Source of the DNA: Syntrophomonadaceae bacterium
GTDB lineage: Bacteria; Bacillota; Syntrophomonadia; Syntrophomonadales; Syntrophomonadaceae
DNA: 64,000 bases
Direction of reading: 5' to 3'
Assembly: GCA_012511795.1 (NCBI GenBank)
Contig: JAAZFJ010000162.1
Location: forward strand, 66 to 64,065
The notes under the pieces were generated by a model that was not told the origin of the DNA, did no database searches, and was given only the letters and a program-made list of their open reading frames with translations. Shown piece after piece: positions 17,711 to 26,785 of the stretch. The stretch's first letter is position 1. Every line of letters starts with the position of its first letter. The translations under genes were made by a program, and so were the position numbers.

Positions 17711-19057
17711 ATGGCAGATTATTTAAAGCAAACTAAACCATTAGAGAGAATTGGTATTGTCAGTCTGATTATCGTTATCCTTTCATTTATCTTCCTGTTT
17801 TCTGTAAAAACTTCAGCGTATTCAGTTTATATTGATGGCCAAGAGAAATTTGCCGTCAGGCACTATTCAGATATTTCTCAGGTAATTGAACAAGTTAAAA
17901 ATCAAGAAGAAGATAAATGTAACCGTAAGCTGGAACTCAGTAACGAAGTTACCTGGGATAAAAATTTTGTGGATAAAAAATCTGTTTTAAGCCAGGATCA
18001 AATTGCCGCTGAGCTGCAAAAGTCACTTAACTTTGTAACTTTGGGAGTTGAAATCCAAGTTGAAGGTAAGGCTATAGCCTGCTTGGAAAACATGGAAGCT
18101 GCTGAACAATTATTAAAGGATTTAAAAAGTGAATATTCCGCAGCAGGGGAAAACGAAAAAGTAGTTTCAGTCTCTTTGGCAGAAGATGTAGATTTGATTG
18201 AAAAAAAGGTATTAGTAAATGAATTATCTGCGAAAGATAAAGCCTTGGAATTAATTAAACTAGGTGCTGACCAACCGGTTAAGTATATTGTTAAGGAAGG
18301 GGACAACCTCTGGTCTATTGCACGAAAAAATGATATGTATGTTGATGATATTATGTGTATCAATAATCTGGAGAACGAGAATCTTCAGCCAGACCAGGAA
18401 TTAGTTTTAGTTGCCAGTAAACCATACATAAATATCGTAACTCAGGTCGAAGGAGAAACCATAGAGCCGATTCCCTTTGAGACTAAAACCGAGATCGATA
18501 AGAACTCCAGCAGCAGTGTTAGAATTAAACAAGCTGGTATAAATGGAGAGAAACAGGTTAGCTATGTTGCTACCAAGGTGAATGGTGTTGTGGAAACAAA
18601 GGAAGTAAAAGAGGAAACAGTTCTAAAAAAAGCAGTTGATAAAATTATTGTTAAGGGCACCAGAGTAACAGTTGCTTCTCGTGGCGGAGGAAGCGGAACT
18701 CTAGACTGGCCAGTTTATGGACCGATTAGCAGTTATTATGGCAGCCGAGGGGGAAGTCATACCGGTTTGGATATAGCTGCTCCTTCCGGAAGTACAATAA
18801 AGGCAGTTGATTCTGGTACTGTAACCAGCGCAGGTTATAAGGGGACTTATGGCTATATGATCACCATAAGTCATGGCAATGGAATGGTTACCCGTTATGC
18901 ACACTGCAGCGCCATTCATGTGTCTGCAGGGCAATATGTTGCCAAAGGAGAAGGAATAGGTAAAGTTGGTTCAACAGGTAAAAGCACTGGCCCTCATCTC
19001 CACTTTGAAATATTAGTCAACGGTTCTTTCAGAAATCCCTTAAGTTATCTGCGATAA
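17711..19057 (+). CDS. LysM-G5-M23 peptidoglycan endopeptidase
   Basis: N-terminal TM; LysM YIVKEGDNLWSIA; G5 EPIPFET; M23 HTGLD and HLHFE. Confidence 0.92.
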   Translation: MADYLKQTKPLERIGIVSLIIVILSFIFLFSVKTSAYSVYIDGQEKFAVRHYSDISQVIEQVKNQEEDKCNRKLELSNEVTWDKNFVDKKSVLSQDQIAAELQKSLNFVTLGVEIQVEGKAIACLENMEAAEQLLKDLKSEYSAAGENEKVVSVSLAEDVDLIEKKVLVNELSAKDKALELIKLGADQPVKYIVKEGDNLWSIARKNDMYVDDIMCINNLENENLQPDQELVLVASKPYINIVTQVEGETIEPIPFETKTEIDKNSSSSVRIKQAGINGEKQVSYVATKVNGVVETKEVKEETVLKKAVDKIIVKGTRVTVASRGGGSGTLDWPVYGPISSYYGSRGGSHTGLDIAAPSGSTIKAVDSGTVTSAGYKGTYGYMITISHGNGMVTRYAHCSAIHVSAGQYVAKGEGIGKVGSTGKSTGPHLHFEILVNGSFRNPLSYLR

Positions 19058-19070
19058 AAGCTGCAACTTT

Positions 19071-19099
19071 GCCCTGGCTATTTACAGTCAGGGCTTTTT
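19071..19099 (+). terminator. Intrinsic terminator
   Basis: GCCCTGGCT..AGTCAGGGC followed by T5. Confidence 0.75.
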
Positions 19100-19128
19100 A
19101 TTTATTATTTCATGAAAGGAAGATGTAG

Positions 19129-20034
19129 ATGTATGATGTAATCATTATCGGTAGTGGACCGGCAGGGCTGACTGCAGCAATTTATACCGGCCGGGCACAA
19201 TTAAAAACAATGGTTTTGGAAGCAGTTGGGATAGGTGGCAATGCGGCCTTAACAGATCAGATAGACAATTTCCCCGGATTCCCTTTTGGAGTAGATGGCA
19301 GCGACCTTATGGACAGCTTCAGGAAACAAGCCGAACGATTTGCTGTAGAAATAAAGATGCAAGAAGCAAGGGAATTAAAAAAAGAAAAGGACGGCATAAG
19401 AGTTATTACTGACCAGGCTGAATTCCTTTGCCGGGCGGTGATTATAGCAACAGGTGCTAAACGTCGTCATTTGGATGTTGAAGGCGAAGAAAGTTTTTTA
19501 GGGCGAGGAGTATCATACTGCGCAACCTGTGACGGAGCCTTTTTTAATGGATTATCTGTAGCAGTTGTAGGGGGAGGAGATACCGCTGTTAAAGAAGCAA
19601 TTCATTTGTCAGATATAGCTTCCCAGGTATATTTGATCCATCGTCGTGAAGGTTTTAGAGCTAACCAGACCGCATTAAACAAACTGCGGGAAAAGAAGAA
19701 TGTGTCTTTTAAATTGAACCGGATCGTTCAAAAGATAGAAGGCAATGAATATGTAACACAACTGTTATTAAAGGAGGTTAATACTAAGGAACAAGAAATT
19801 TTAGAAGTTGACGGTATATTTGTCAGTATTGGTTTAGTACCGGATAGCTCTTTTTTTCAAGAATTTATAGATACCAAAGATGGTTATATCCTGACTGATA
19901 CAAATATGAATACCTCACAACCCGGTGTTTTTGCAGCCGGGGACATTGTTTATAAAGATTACAGACAGGTAGCAACCGCAGTTGGTGATGGAGCTGTAGC
20001 AGGAATTGCAGTCATCGACTATTTACAGGAATAG
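19129..20034 (+). CDS. trxB: Thioredoxin-disulfide reductase
   Basis: GSGPAG, GVSYCATCDG, GGGDTA, GVFAAGD. Confidence 0.93.
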   Translation: MYDVIIIGSGPAGLTAAIYTGRAQLKTMVLEAVGIGGNAALTDQIDNFPGFPFGVDGSDLMDSFRKQAERFAVEIKMQEARELKKEKDGIRVITDQAEFLCRAVIIATGAKRRHLDVEGEESFLGRGVSYCATCDGAFFNGLSVAVVGGGDTAVKEAIHLSDIASQVYLIHRREGFRANQTALNKLREKKNVSFKLNRIVQKIEGNEYVTQLLLKEVNTKEQEILEVDGIFVSIGLVPDSSFFQEFIDTKDGYILTDTNMNTSQPGVFAAGDIVYKDYRQVATAVGDGAVAGIAVIDYLQE

Positions 20035-20102
20035 CCATTATTTGCCTCACCTCTTGTTCTCAAACCCATAGTATAATGTGGGCAGAGGGGAGAGAGATAT
20101 CA

Positions 20103-20948
20103 ATGTTGGGGATTAAAGAACTAGCAACATTTAAAACCATTTGTTTATCTTTAGTCTTGATTATAATTATGGTTCTTATTATAAGCAGAAACAGTCAAAC
20201 AATAATGCGTTATATGGTGGGGCAGGAAGTAGATTTTAAGACAGCGGACTTTAGCCAGACAGAGACACTTCATTTTAATATCAGATACACAAAGACGGAC
20301 AACGAAAATGTCGAGCTGGTGGCAAATGCCTCCGAGTATGCCTATAATGCAGTTACTGACTTTTTTAATTCTAAACCACAGGAAAAAACCACCATTATCG
20401 TCTATCCTGATACAGAAAGCTTGGCCCATAGCTTTGGCTGGGACAAGAACCAAAAGGCAGAAGGGGTGTATTGGGCAGGCTCTATCAGAGTAATTTCACC
20501 TGATTATTGGCAGGAAGAAGTATGGGTAACTGGAGAATACCAATTACAGGCAGGACCTCTGGTTCACGAATTTGCTCATCTTATGGTTGACGAGCATACC
20601 AGGGGCAATTATAATCGTTGGTGGACAGAGGGAATTGCTCAGTATGTGGAGAAAAAGATAACCGGTTTTCAGTTTCGAGAACCATTTTCCGATAACCAAA
20701 AGATGATGATTTTACCTCTTAATATTCTAAATAAAGAATTTGATAGGGATAAAGGTGCAATTGCTTATTGGCAATCCCTGAAGATCATTGAATTTATAGT
20801 AGACAATTATGGCGAAGAAAAACTATTTGTTATTATGGATAATTTGGGTCAAGGAGATAATATCAAACAAGCTATTACAAAATCTTTAAACGTAAATTTT
20901 AAAGATTGGGAAATTAGTTTATATCAGGCCTTGCTGCAAAAAAACTAG
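20103..20948 (+). CDS. Peptidase MA-like (gluzincin) membrane-anchored metalloprotein
   Basis: HEFAH..WWTEGIAQY; N-terminal TM. SigK-like motif at 20049-20075 favours ATG 20103. Confidence 0.82.
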   Translation: MLGIKELATFKTICLSLVLIIIMVLIISRNSQTIMRYMVGQEVDFKTADFSQTETLHFNIRYTKTDNENVELVANASEYAYNAVTDFFNSKPQEKTTIIVYPDTESLAHSFGWDKNQKAEGVYWAGSIRVISPDYWQEEVWVTGEYQLQAGPLVHEFAHLMVDEHTRGNYNRWWTEGIAQYVEKKITGFQFREPFSDNQKMMILPLNILNKEFDRDKGAIAYWQSLKIIEFIVDNYGEEKLFVIMDNLGQGDNIKQAITKSLNVNFKDWEISLYQALLQKN

Positions 20949-20965
20949 AACAAGAGGTGTAAATC

Positions 20966-22216
20966 TTGAGGGATACTTTAGTAATAGAGGGAGGGCACCC
21001 TCTTTTTGGACAAGTAACAATTAGCGGTGCCAAAAATGCCGGACTGGTTTTAATGGCTGCCAGCATTATGGCTGATGGTGAGACTATATTAGATAATGTA
21101 CCTCGCATCAGGGATGTTGAGGTAATGATTCGCATATTGAATGACATCGGAGTCAAAACCGATTGGAACGAGGATGGCAGCCTTTCTATTTGCCCTCCGC
21201 CAGGTGGTGTTAAAAACCAAACTTCTTACGAGTTGGCCAAACTTTTACGTGCATCAAACCTTTTTTTAGGAGCAATGCTGGGCAGACAGGGAGAAGCGAT
21301 TATATCCATGCCGGGAGGCTGTGATATAGGCACAAGGCCTATGGACCTGCATATAAAAGGACTGCAGGCTCTAGGTGCTGATCTGGAATTGGAACATGGT
21401 TATATTTATGCAAAGGTAATCAAATCAAATGCTGCCAGGATATATCTTGATTTCCCCAGTGTGGGCGCAACAGAGAACATTATGATGATGGCCGCCAAAA
21501 CACCAGGACAATCTATTATTGAAAATGCAGCTAAAGAACCGGAAATAGTTGATTTAGCTAATTTTCTAAATTTTATGGGTGCCAAAGTACGCGGAGCTGG
21601 TACCGACATAATAAGAATCGAAGGAGTCAATGAATTAAAGCCAGGTCGCTACGCCATTATACCGGATAGGATTGAGGCAGGGACTTATATGATAGCTGCG
21701 GCTATTTCAAAAGGAGAGGTCCTGGTTCAAAACATCATTCCCAATCATCTTCACCCCATTGTAGCCAAACTGCAAGAGGCAGGTGCTGCAGTACATGAAA
21801 CCGATCAAGGAATTGTAGTAAAAGCTGGAGATAAAATTCTCCCTGTAGATGTTAAGACATTGCCATATCCTGGTTTTCCCACTGATATGCAATCACAGAT
21901 GATGGCCTTACTAAGTTTAGCAGAAGGATCCAGCATGATCGTAGAAAATGTTTTTGAAAATCGCTTTCAAATAGTAGATGAACTAAAGAGAATGGGAGCC
22001 AGAATAAAGGTAGAAGGACATACTTCTGTTATTGAAGGAGTAGAGTCTCTTTATGGCGCACGGGTAAAAGCTACTGACTTAAGGGCCGGAGCAGCGTTAA
22101 TATTAGGGGGATTAGTTGCCCAGGGAGAAACCGTAATAGAAAATGCCGGCTATATCTTTCGCGGTTATGAAAATATCCGGGAAAAACTAACTGCTTTGGG
22201 AGCCCGGTTAAAATAA
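20966..22216 (+). CDS. murA: UDP-N-acetylglucosamine 1-carboxyvinyltransferase
   Basis: SGAKNA, PGGCDIGTRP (active Cys), SVGATEN, DRIEAGT, PGFPTDMQ. Confidence 0.96.
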   Translation: MRDTLVIEGGHPLFGQVTISGAKNAGLVLMAASIMADGETILDNVPRIRDVEVMIRILNDIGVKTDWNEDGSLSICPPPGGVKNQTSYELAKLLRASNLFLGAMLGRQGEAIISMPGGCDIGTRPMDLHIKGLQALGADLELEHGYIYAKVIKSNAARIYLDFPSVGATENIMMMAAKTPGQSIIENAAKEPEIVDLANFLNFMGAKVRGAGTDIIRIEGVNELKPGRYAIIPDRIEAGTYMIAAAISKGEVLVQNIIPNHLHPIVAKLQEAGAAVHETDQGIVVKAGDKILPVDVKTLPYPGFPTDMQSQMMALLSLAEGSSMIVENVFENRFQIVDELKRMGARIKVEGHTSVIEGVESLYGARVKATDLRAGAALILGGLVAQGETVIENAGYIFRGYENIREKLTALGARLK

Positions 22217-22246
22217 AGCTTAAAAAAAAGAAATTACAGCAGAAGG

Positions 22247-22271
22247 AAGAAGGCCAAAGGCCTTCTTTTTT
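22247..22271 (+). terminator. Intrinsic terminator after murA
   Basis: AAGAAGGCC-AAA-GGCCTTCTT followed by a T run. Confidence 0.8.
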
Positions 22272-22348
22272 GATGACAGGCGGTATAAAGATCATAAAAG
22301 AGTAGAAAATATACAAACAAATAAATCGTTGACTTAAGGGGGAATAGT

Positions 22349-23416
22349 GTGAATAAAATAACATATAAAAGTGCGCTCTTTTTTTTATTGTTTTTTTGTA
22401 TGGGGGTAGTATTATTCAATGTAATAGAATTAATTTTTGCACAAAAATCTATGATTAATAATGATCAGACACAAAGAGGTGCAATCAGTGAAGTTGCTGC
22501 CCGGGTTAGTCCATCTGTTGTGGGAATAACCAACCTTCAGCGCAGTGGCAATATATTCGATTATCGAACCAGCGAAAGTACGGGTTCAGGAGTTATTCTT
22601 GATGAAGAGGGCTATATCGTAACCAATAATCATGTTGTTAAAGGAGCAGATAGATTATTAGTCACTTTAATAGATGGCAATGAAGAAGAAGCTGATATTA
22701 TCGGAACAGATCCCCGTACTGATTTAGCAGTTATAAAAATAAAGGTAGATAATCATGTTACACCTGCCAAATTAGGGGATTCAGATCGCTTGGTGGTGGG
22801 GGAGGAAGTTTTGGCTATCGGCAATCCCTTGGGACTGCGTTTTGCCCGTTCAGTCACGGCCGGAGTAATCAGTGGATTAAATCGCCTGCTGACAACTGAA
22901 GAAGGGTTTTCTTCCCGTCTGATTCAGACTGATGCTGCCATTAACCCGGGTAATAGCGGAGGGGCTCTTTTTAATCTTAATGGTGAAGTAATCGGCATTA
23001 ATTCAGTAAAAATAGCGGCTGCTGGTTTTGAAGGAATGGGTTTTTCTATTCCGGTTAATCAAGTAGGGCAAGTTATTGAAGCTATAAAAAAGAATGGCAA
23101 GGTTGACTGGCCGGTAATGGGAGTCAGAATAATTGGCGAGATCGGCGAAGTAGAAGCTGACTACTTTGAATTACCTGATTGCTGCGGGGTTATCATTATA
23201 CCGGATCAAGGAAGTCCTGCGGCACGCGCGGGGATAAAACCATATGATATCATAATCGCCATAGACAATAAGGATGTTGCTACCGGCTCAGACTTGCAGG
23301 AATTCATTGCCGGTAAAAAAATCGGCCAGACCATAAGAGTCAAAATCGCCAGAATTCCCCAGAACGAACAGAGTAAAACCCAGATCAAAACTTATTCCAT
23401 TAAGCTGGTAAGATAA
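22349..23416 (+). CDS. htrA: HtrA/DegP-like serine protease with PDZ domain
   Basis: TNNHVV, TDLAV, DAAINPGNSGG catalytic triad; C-terminal PDZ. Confidence 0.93.
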   Translation: MNKITYKSALFFLLFFCMGVVLFNVIELIFAQKSMINNDQTQRGAISEVAARVSPSVVGITNLQRSGNIFDYRTSESTGSGVILDEEGYIVTNNHVVKGADRLLVTLIDGNEEEADIIGTDPRTDLAVIKIKVDNHVTPAKLGDSDRLVVGEEVLAIGNPLGLRFARSVTAGVISGLNRLLTTEEGFSSRLIQTDAAINPGNSGGALFNLNGEVIGINSVKIAAAGFEGMGFSIPVNQVGQVIEAIKKNGKVDWPVMGVRIIGEIGEVEADYFELPDCCGVIIIPDQGSPAARAGIKPYDIIIAIDNKDVATGSDLQEFIAGKKIGQTIRVKIARIPQNEQSKTQIKTYSIKLVR

Positions 23417-23444
23417 TTCAGAACAAAATACTTATTGGATAAAG

Positions 23445-23477
23445 AAGCGCCGCAGTAAATGCAGCGCTTTATTTTTT
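23445..23477 (+). terminator. Intrinsic terminator after htrA
   Basis: AAGCGCCGCA..TGCAGCGCTT followed by a T-rich tail. Confidence 0.65.
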
Positions 23478-23521
23478 GGTATTGGTGGGCTAGACTATAA
23501 AAAACCAGATGAGGAGAAAGA

Positions 23522-24001
23522 ATGAAATACAGAATCATATCGGTGGGCAAATTAAAGGAACCTTTTTATCTTAATGGCATCAAGGAATATCTAAAAAGAT
23601 TAAAGCCTTATACTAATATAGAATTAGTAGATGGTTTAGAGGAAAAAATAGCTCCCAGGGCAGGAATAAAGGAAATCGAAAAATGTCTGTATAAAGAAGG
23701 AACAAAACTGCTTAACCTGATTGGTGATAATGAAATAGTAGTTCTTTTGGATATACAAGGGGAACCTATTAGCTCTACTGAATGGGCAGGCTATATTGGA
23801 GAACTTAATGTGAGTTCTTCAAGCTCAGTCAACCTGATTATTGGCGGCTCATTTGGAGTTGATGAAAGAGTTAAAAGAAGAGCAGACCGGGTATTATCTT
23901 TTTCTCAAATGACGTTTCCCCATCAGATGGCAGTTTTAATCCTGACAGAGCAGATTTATAGAGCTTTTAAAATCATTAGAAATGAACCGTACCATAAATA
24001 A
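23522..24001 (+). CDS. rlmH: 23S rRNA (pseudouridine1915-N3)-methyltransferase
   Basis: VGKLKE, IIGGSFG, MTFPHQ..EQIYRA..EPYHK. Confidence 0.97.
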   Translation: MKYRIISVGKLKEPFYLNGIKEYLKRLKPYTNIELVDGLEEKIAPRAGIKEIEKCLYKEGTKLLNLIGDNEIVVLLDIQGEPISSTEWAGYIGELNVSSSSSVNLIIGGSFGVDERVKRRADRVLSFSQMTFPHQMAVLILTEQIYRAFKIIRNEPYHK

Positions 24002-24040
24002 GGATCTATGTTTGACAAGCTGAAGTGAAGGAGGATAAAG

Positions 24041-25435
24041 ATGGAAGTAGTTAGTGTAGCACAATTGATCAATGATACCCATAAATACGTTGGACAACAG
24101 GTACAGGTCAATGGTTGGATCAGATTAAACCGGGGGCAGAAAGCCTTTGGCTTTATCACGCTAAATGATGGCAGCCATTTTACTTCTCTCCAGATCGTTT
24201 ATGAAAAAGACCAATTGGAAAACTTTGAAGAAGTAGCTGGGTTAAGAACAGGTGCTGCATTGAATGTTTATGGAGTAGTTGTTGAAACACCGAATGCCAA
24301 ACAACCACTTGAAATAAAAGCCACGCAAGTAAAACTGGCTGCTGATTGTCCAGAAGATTATCCTATCCAGCCAAAACGTCACTCTAAAGAATTTCTGCGG
24401 GAAGTTGCTCACTTAAGGTCCCGGACCAATTTATTTTCAGCAGTTTTTCGCATTCGTTCCATAGCTGCTTTTGCTGTGCATCAGTTTTTTCAAGAACAGG
24501 GGTTTATTTATGTACATACTCCAATTATTACCGCCAGTGATGCTGAAGGGGCAGGGGAAATGTTCAGAGTAACTACTTTAGATGCCGAAAAACCTCCTCT
24601 TACCCCTGATGGAAATGTAGATTTTTCCAATGATTTCTTTGGCCGCAAGACCAACCTGACTGTCAGCGGGCAATTGGAAGCAGAAGCATTTGCCTTAGCC
24701 TTCGGTAAGGTATATACTTTTGGGCCTACTTTTCGTGCTGAAAACTCAAACACAGCCAGGCACGCGGCAGAGTTCTGGATGATTGAACCGGAGATCGCTT
24801 TCGCCGGTTTAAGGGAAGACATGGAATTAGCAGAAGCGATGGTTAAATATGTTATCAGCTATGTTATGGAAAAGGCACCGGCAGAAATGGACTTTTTAAA
24901 TGAATTTGTAGATAAAGAGCTTTTAACACGTTTGCAAAAGATAGCATCACAAAACTTTGCGCGAATTACCTATACAGAGGCAATTGAAATTCTGCAAAAA
25001 TCCAAGCAGACCTTTGATTTTCCGGTTAGTTGGGGCAATGATTTGCAGACAGAACACGAGAGGTACTTAACTGAAAAAGCTATCGGCAAACCGGTTTTTG
25101 TTACGGACTATCCCCAGGAAATTAAAGCTTTTTATATGCGGCAGAACGATGATGGCAAAACAGTGGCAGCCATGGACTTATTGGTGCCGGGTGTGGGTGA
25201 ATTGATCGGCGGCAGTCAAAGGGAAGAAAGAGAGGATTATCTTAGAGGCCGCATGGAAGCAATGAATATTTCCCTGGATGAGTTAGGATGGTATCTGGAG
25301 CTTAGAAAATATGGGGGTGTACCTCATGCCGGATTCGGGGTGGGTTTTGAAAGACTTATTATGTATCTCGCCGGAGTAAGCAACATCCGTGATGTGATAC
25401 CATTTCCCCGTACGGTAAATTCATGCGCTTTCTAA
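24041..25435 (+). CDS. asnS: Asparagine--tRNA ligase
   Basis: [51 protein letters not shown]. Confidence 0.97.
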   Translation: MEVVSVAQLINDTHKYVGQQVQVNGWIRLNRGQKAFGFITLNDGSHFTSLQIVYEKDQLENFEEVAGLRTGAALNVYGVVVETPNAKQPLEIKATQVKLAADCPEDYPIQPKRHSKEFLREVAHLRSRTNLFSAVFRIRSIAAFAVHQFFQEQGFIYVHTPIITASDAEGAGEMFRVTTLDAEKPPLTPDGNVDFSNDFFGRKTNLTVSGQLEAEAFALAFGKVYTFGPTFRAENSNTARHAAEFWMIEPEIAFAGLREDMELAEAMVKYVISYVMEKAPAEMDFLNEFVDKELLTRLQKIASQNFARITYTEAIEILQKSKQTFDFPVSWGNDLQTEHERYLTEKAIGKPVFVTDYPQEIKAFYMRQNDDGKTVAAMDLLVPGVGELIGGSQREEREDYLRGRMEAMNISLDELGWYLELRKYGGVPHAGFGVGFERLIMYLAGVSNIRDVIPFPRTVNSCAF

Positions 25436-25540
25436 ATTTTATTTCAGGTGTGTTAAAAGGTAACTTACCAATAGTGAAAGTTTTTTGAAATTTAATAGTA
25501 TAATAATGGTATAAATCATTTTTTATTGGAGGAGAGAGAA

Positions 25541-26566
25541 ATGAAAAAGTTTAAATCAAAGCTTGCGGTTATATTGGTTTTAGTCTTTGTATTTACAATG
25601 GTTCTCGGATCCAGTGCCTTTGCCAACTGGACTTCAGTGCAAAAAGTAGATGCATATTCGGGAGTTAAAATTTTTTACAATGGGCAGCAGGTGTTAAATC
25701 CTACCCAGCCTTTAATTATTAATGACACTACATATGTTCCCTTACGTATGATCATGGAATTAGTTGGTACGGGAGTAACATGGGATGCATTGAATTACAG
25801 GGTCATGCTTACAGGGGCCGGTTCCAAGGAATTAGCGGCCAAAGATAAAGAAATAGCAGAGCTTAAAGATAAAATCAAACAACTGGAAAATACTGTTGCG
25901 AAAAGCAAGGGCGGAGATCTGGATGAAATAGAAGAAGACCTGATTGATATCTTTGAAGATGCGGGAGACGAGTACTTTGATGATGACAGAATAAAAGTAA
26001 CATTTGCTCTAAGCGGTGATGAAGATGATCTGGCTTATACTATCAAACTGGATTTTGACCGTTCCCGTGAATATGATGATTTGTCTGATGTGAACAAAAG
26101 GGACATAGAATCGTTTTTGGATGATGTAGAAGAAGAAATTCAAGACTTAATTGACGGCACAGATTTTGAAGATGCAGATATTACCGGTAGACTCCAGGAT
26201 AATGATGATTCCAAATTAAGAGTAACCTATAATGGCAGGTCCTATACCTTTAATTTGGGCAGTACTGCTGACATTGATGATATTGAAGATGATGTAACTA
26301 ATGCTTTTAAAGGTGCCGGCCAAAAATATTTCGGGGACAGTGCAGTAAGGGTAAATATATCCCTGAGCGGAGATGAGGACGATATAAATTATGATGCTGA
26401 AATTGATGCATCTTATTCAAATTATTACAGTGAGGATAAGGAGCTTGCCCTGGGAGATATTAATCGTTTAATAAAGGCCGTAGAAAGCGAAATAGAAGAT
26501 GTGATCGACGGCACTGACTTTGAAGATGCAGATATCAGAGGAAATTATTCTGTAGAATATAAATAA
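25541..26566 (+). CDS. Secreted acidic surface protein with copper amine oxidase N-terminal (stalk) domain and two ~118-aa repeats
   Basis: Signal peptide ending AFA; PLIINDTTYVPLR..VTWD stalk motif; duplicated LSGDEDD..IDGTDFEDADI. Confidence 0.8.
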   Translation: MKKFKSKLAVILVLVFVFTMVLGSSAFANWTSVQKVDAYSGVKIFYNGQQVLNPTQPLIINDTTYVPLRMIMELVGTGVTWDALNYRVMLTGAGSKELAAKDKEIAELKDKIKQLENTVAKSKGGDLDEIEEDLIDIFEDAGDEYFDDDRIKVTFALSGDEDDLAYTIKLDFDRSREYDDLSDVNKRDIESFLDDVEEEIQDLIDGTDFEDADITGRLQDNDDSKLRVTYNGRSYTFNLGSTADIDDIEDDVTNAFKGAGQKYFGDSAVRVNISLSGDEDDINYDAEIDASYSNYYSEDKELALGDINRLIKAVESEIEDVIDGTDFEDADIRGNYSVEYK

Positions 26567-26630
26567 ACAGCACATTGTGATTGGAAGTGCTTACATAGAG
26601 CCAAATAATTAGTTGATAACTAATTATTAA

Positions 26631-26673
26631 AGAAAGGCTGGTTTTGGAATGTTCCTGGACCAGCTTTTCTTTT
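26631..26673 (+). terminator. Intrinsic terminator
   Basis: AGAAAGGCTGGT..ACCAGCTTTTCT followed by a T run. Confidence 0.65.
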
Positions 26674-26785
26674 ATTTACTAAACTTATCAACTAACATAC
26701 ACTCAATAGTCAAAGCCACAAACTAGCACTTTTTAATCTATAGTACCATAAAATAGAAATAGAACAGGCAAAGGAGGTTTCCGAT

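Noticed and set aside
24002..24040. T-box riboswitches before asnS or argS
   Set aside because: The upstream spacers are too short (about 40 and 90 nt), and no T-box consensus is visible.
23984..26752. SCC-like cassette integrated at the rlmH 3' end (GTACCATAAA recurs at 26743-26752)
   Set aside because: Only a 10-bp match, better explained as a SigK -10 box. The enclosed genes (asnS, surface protein) include no recombinase.
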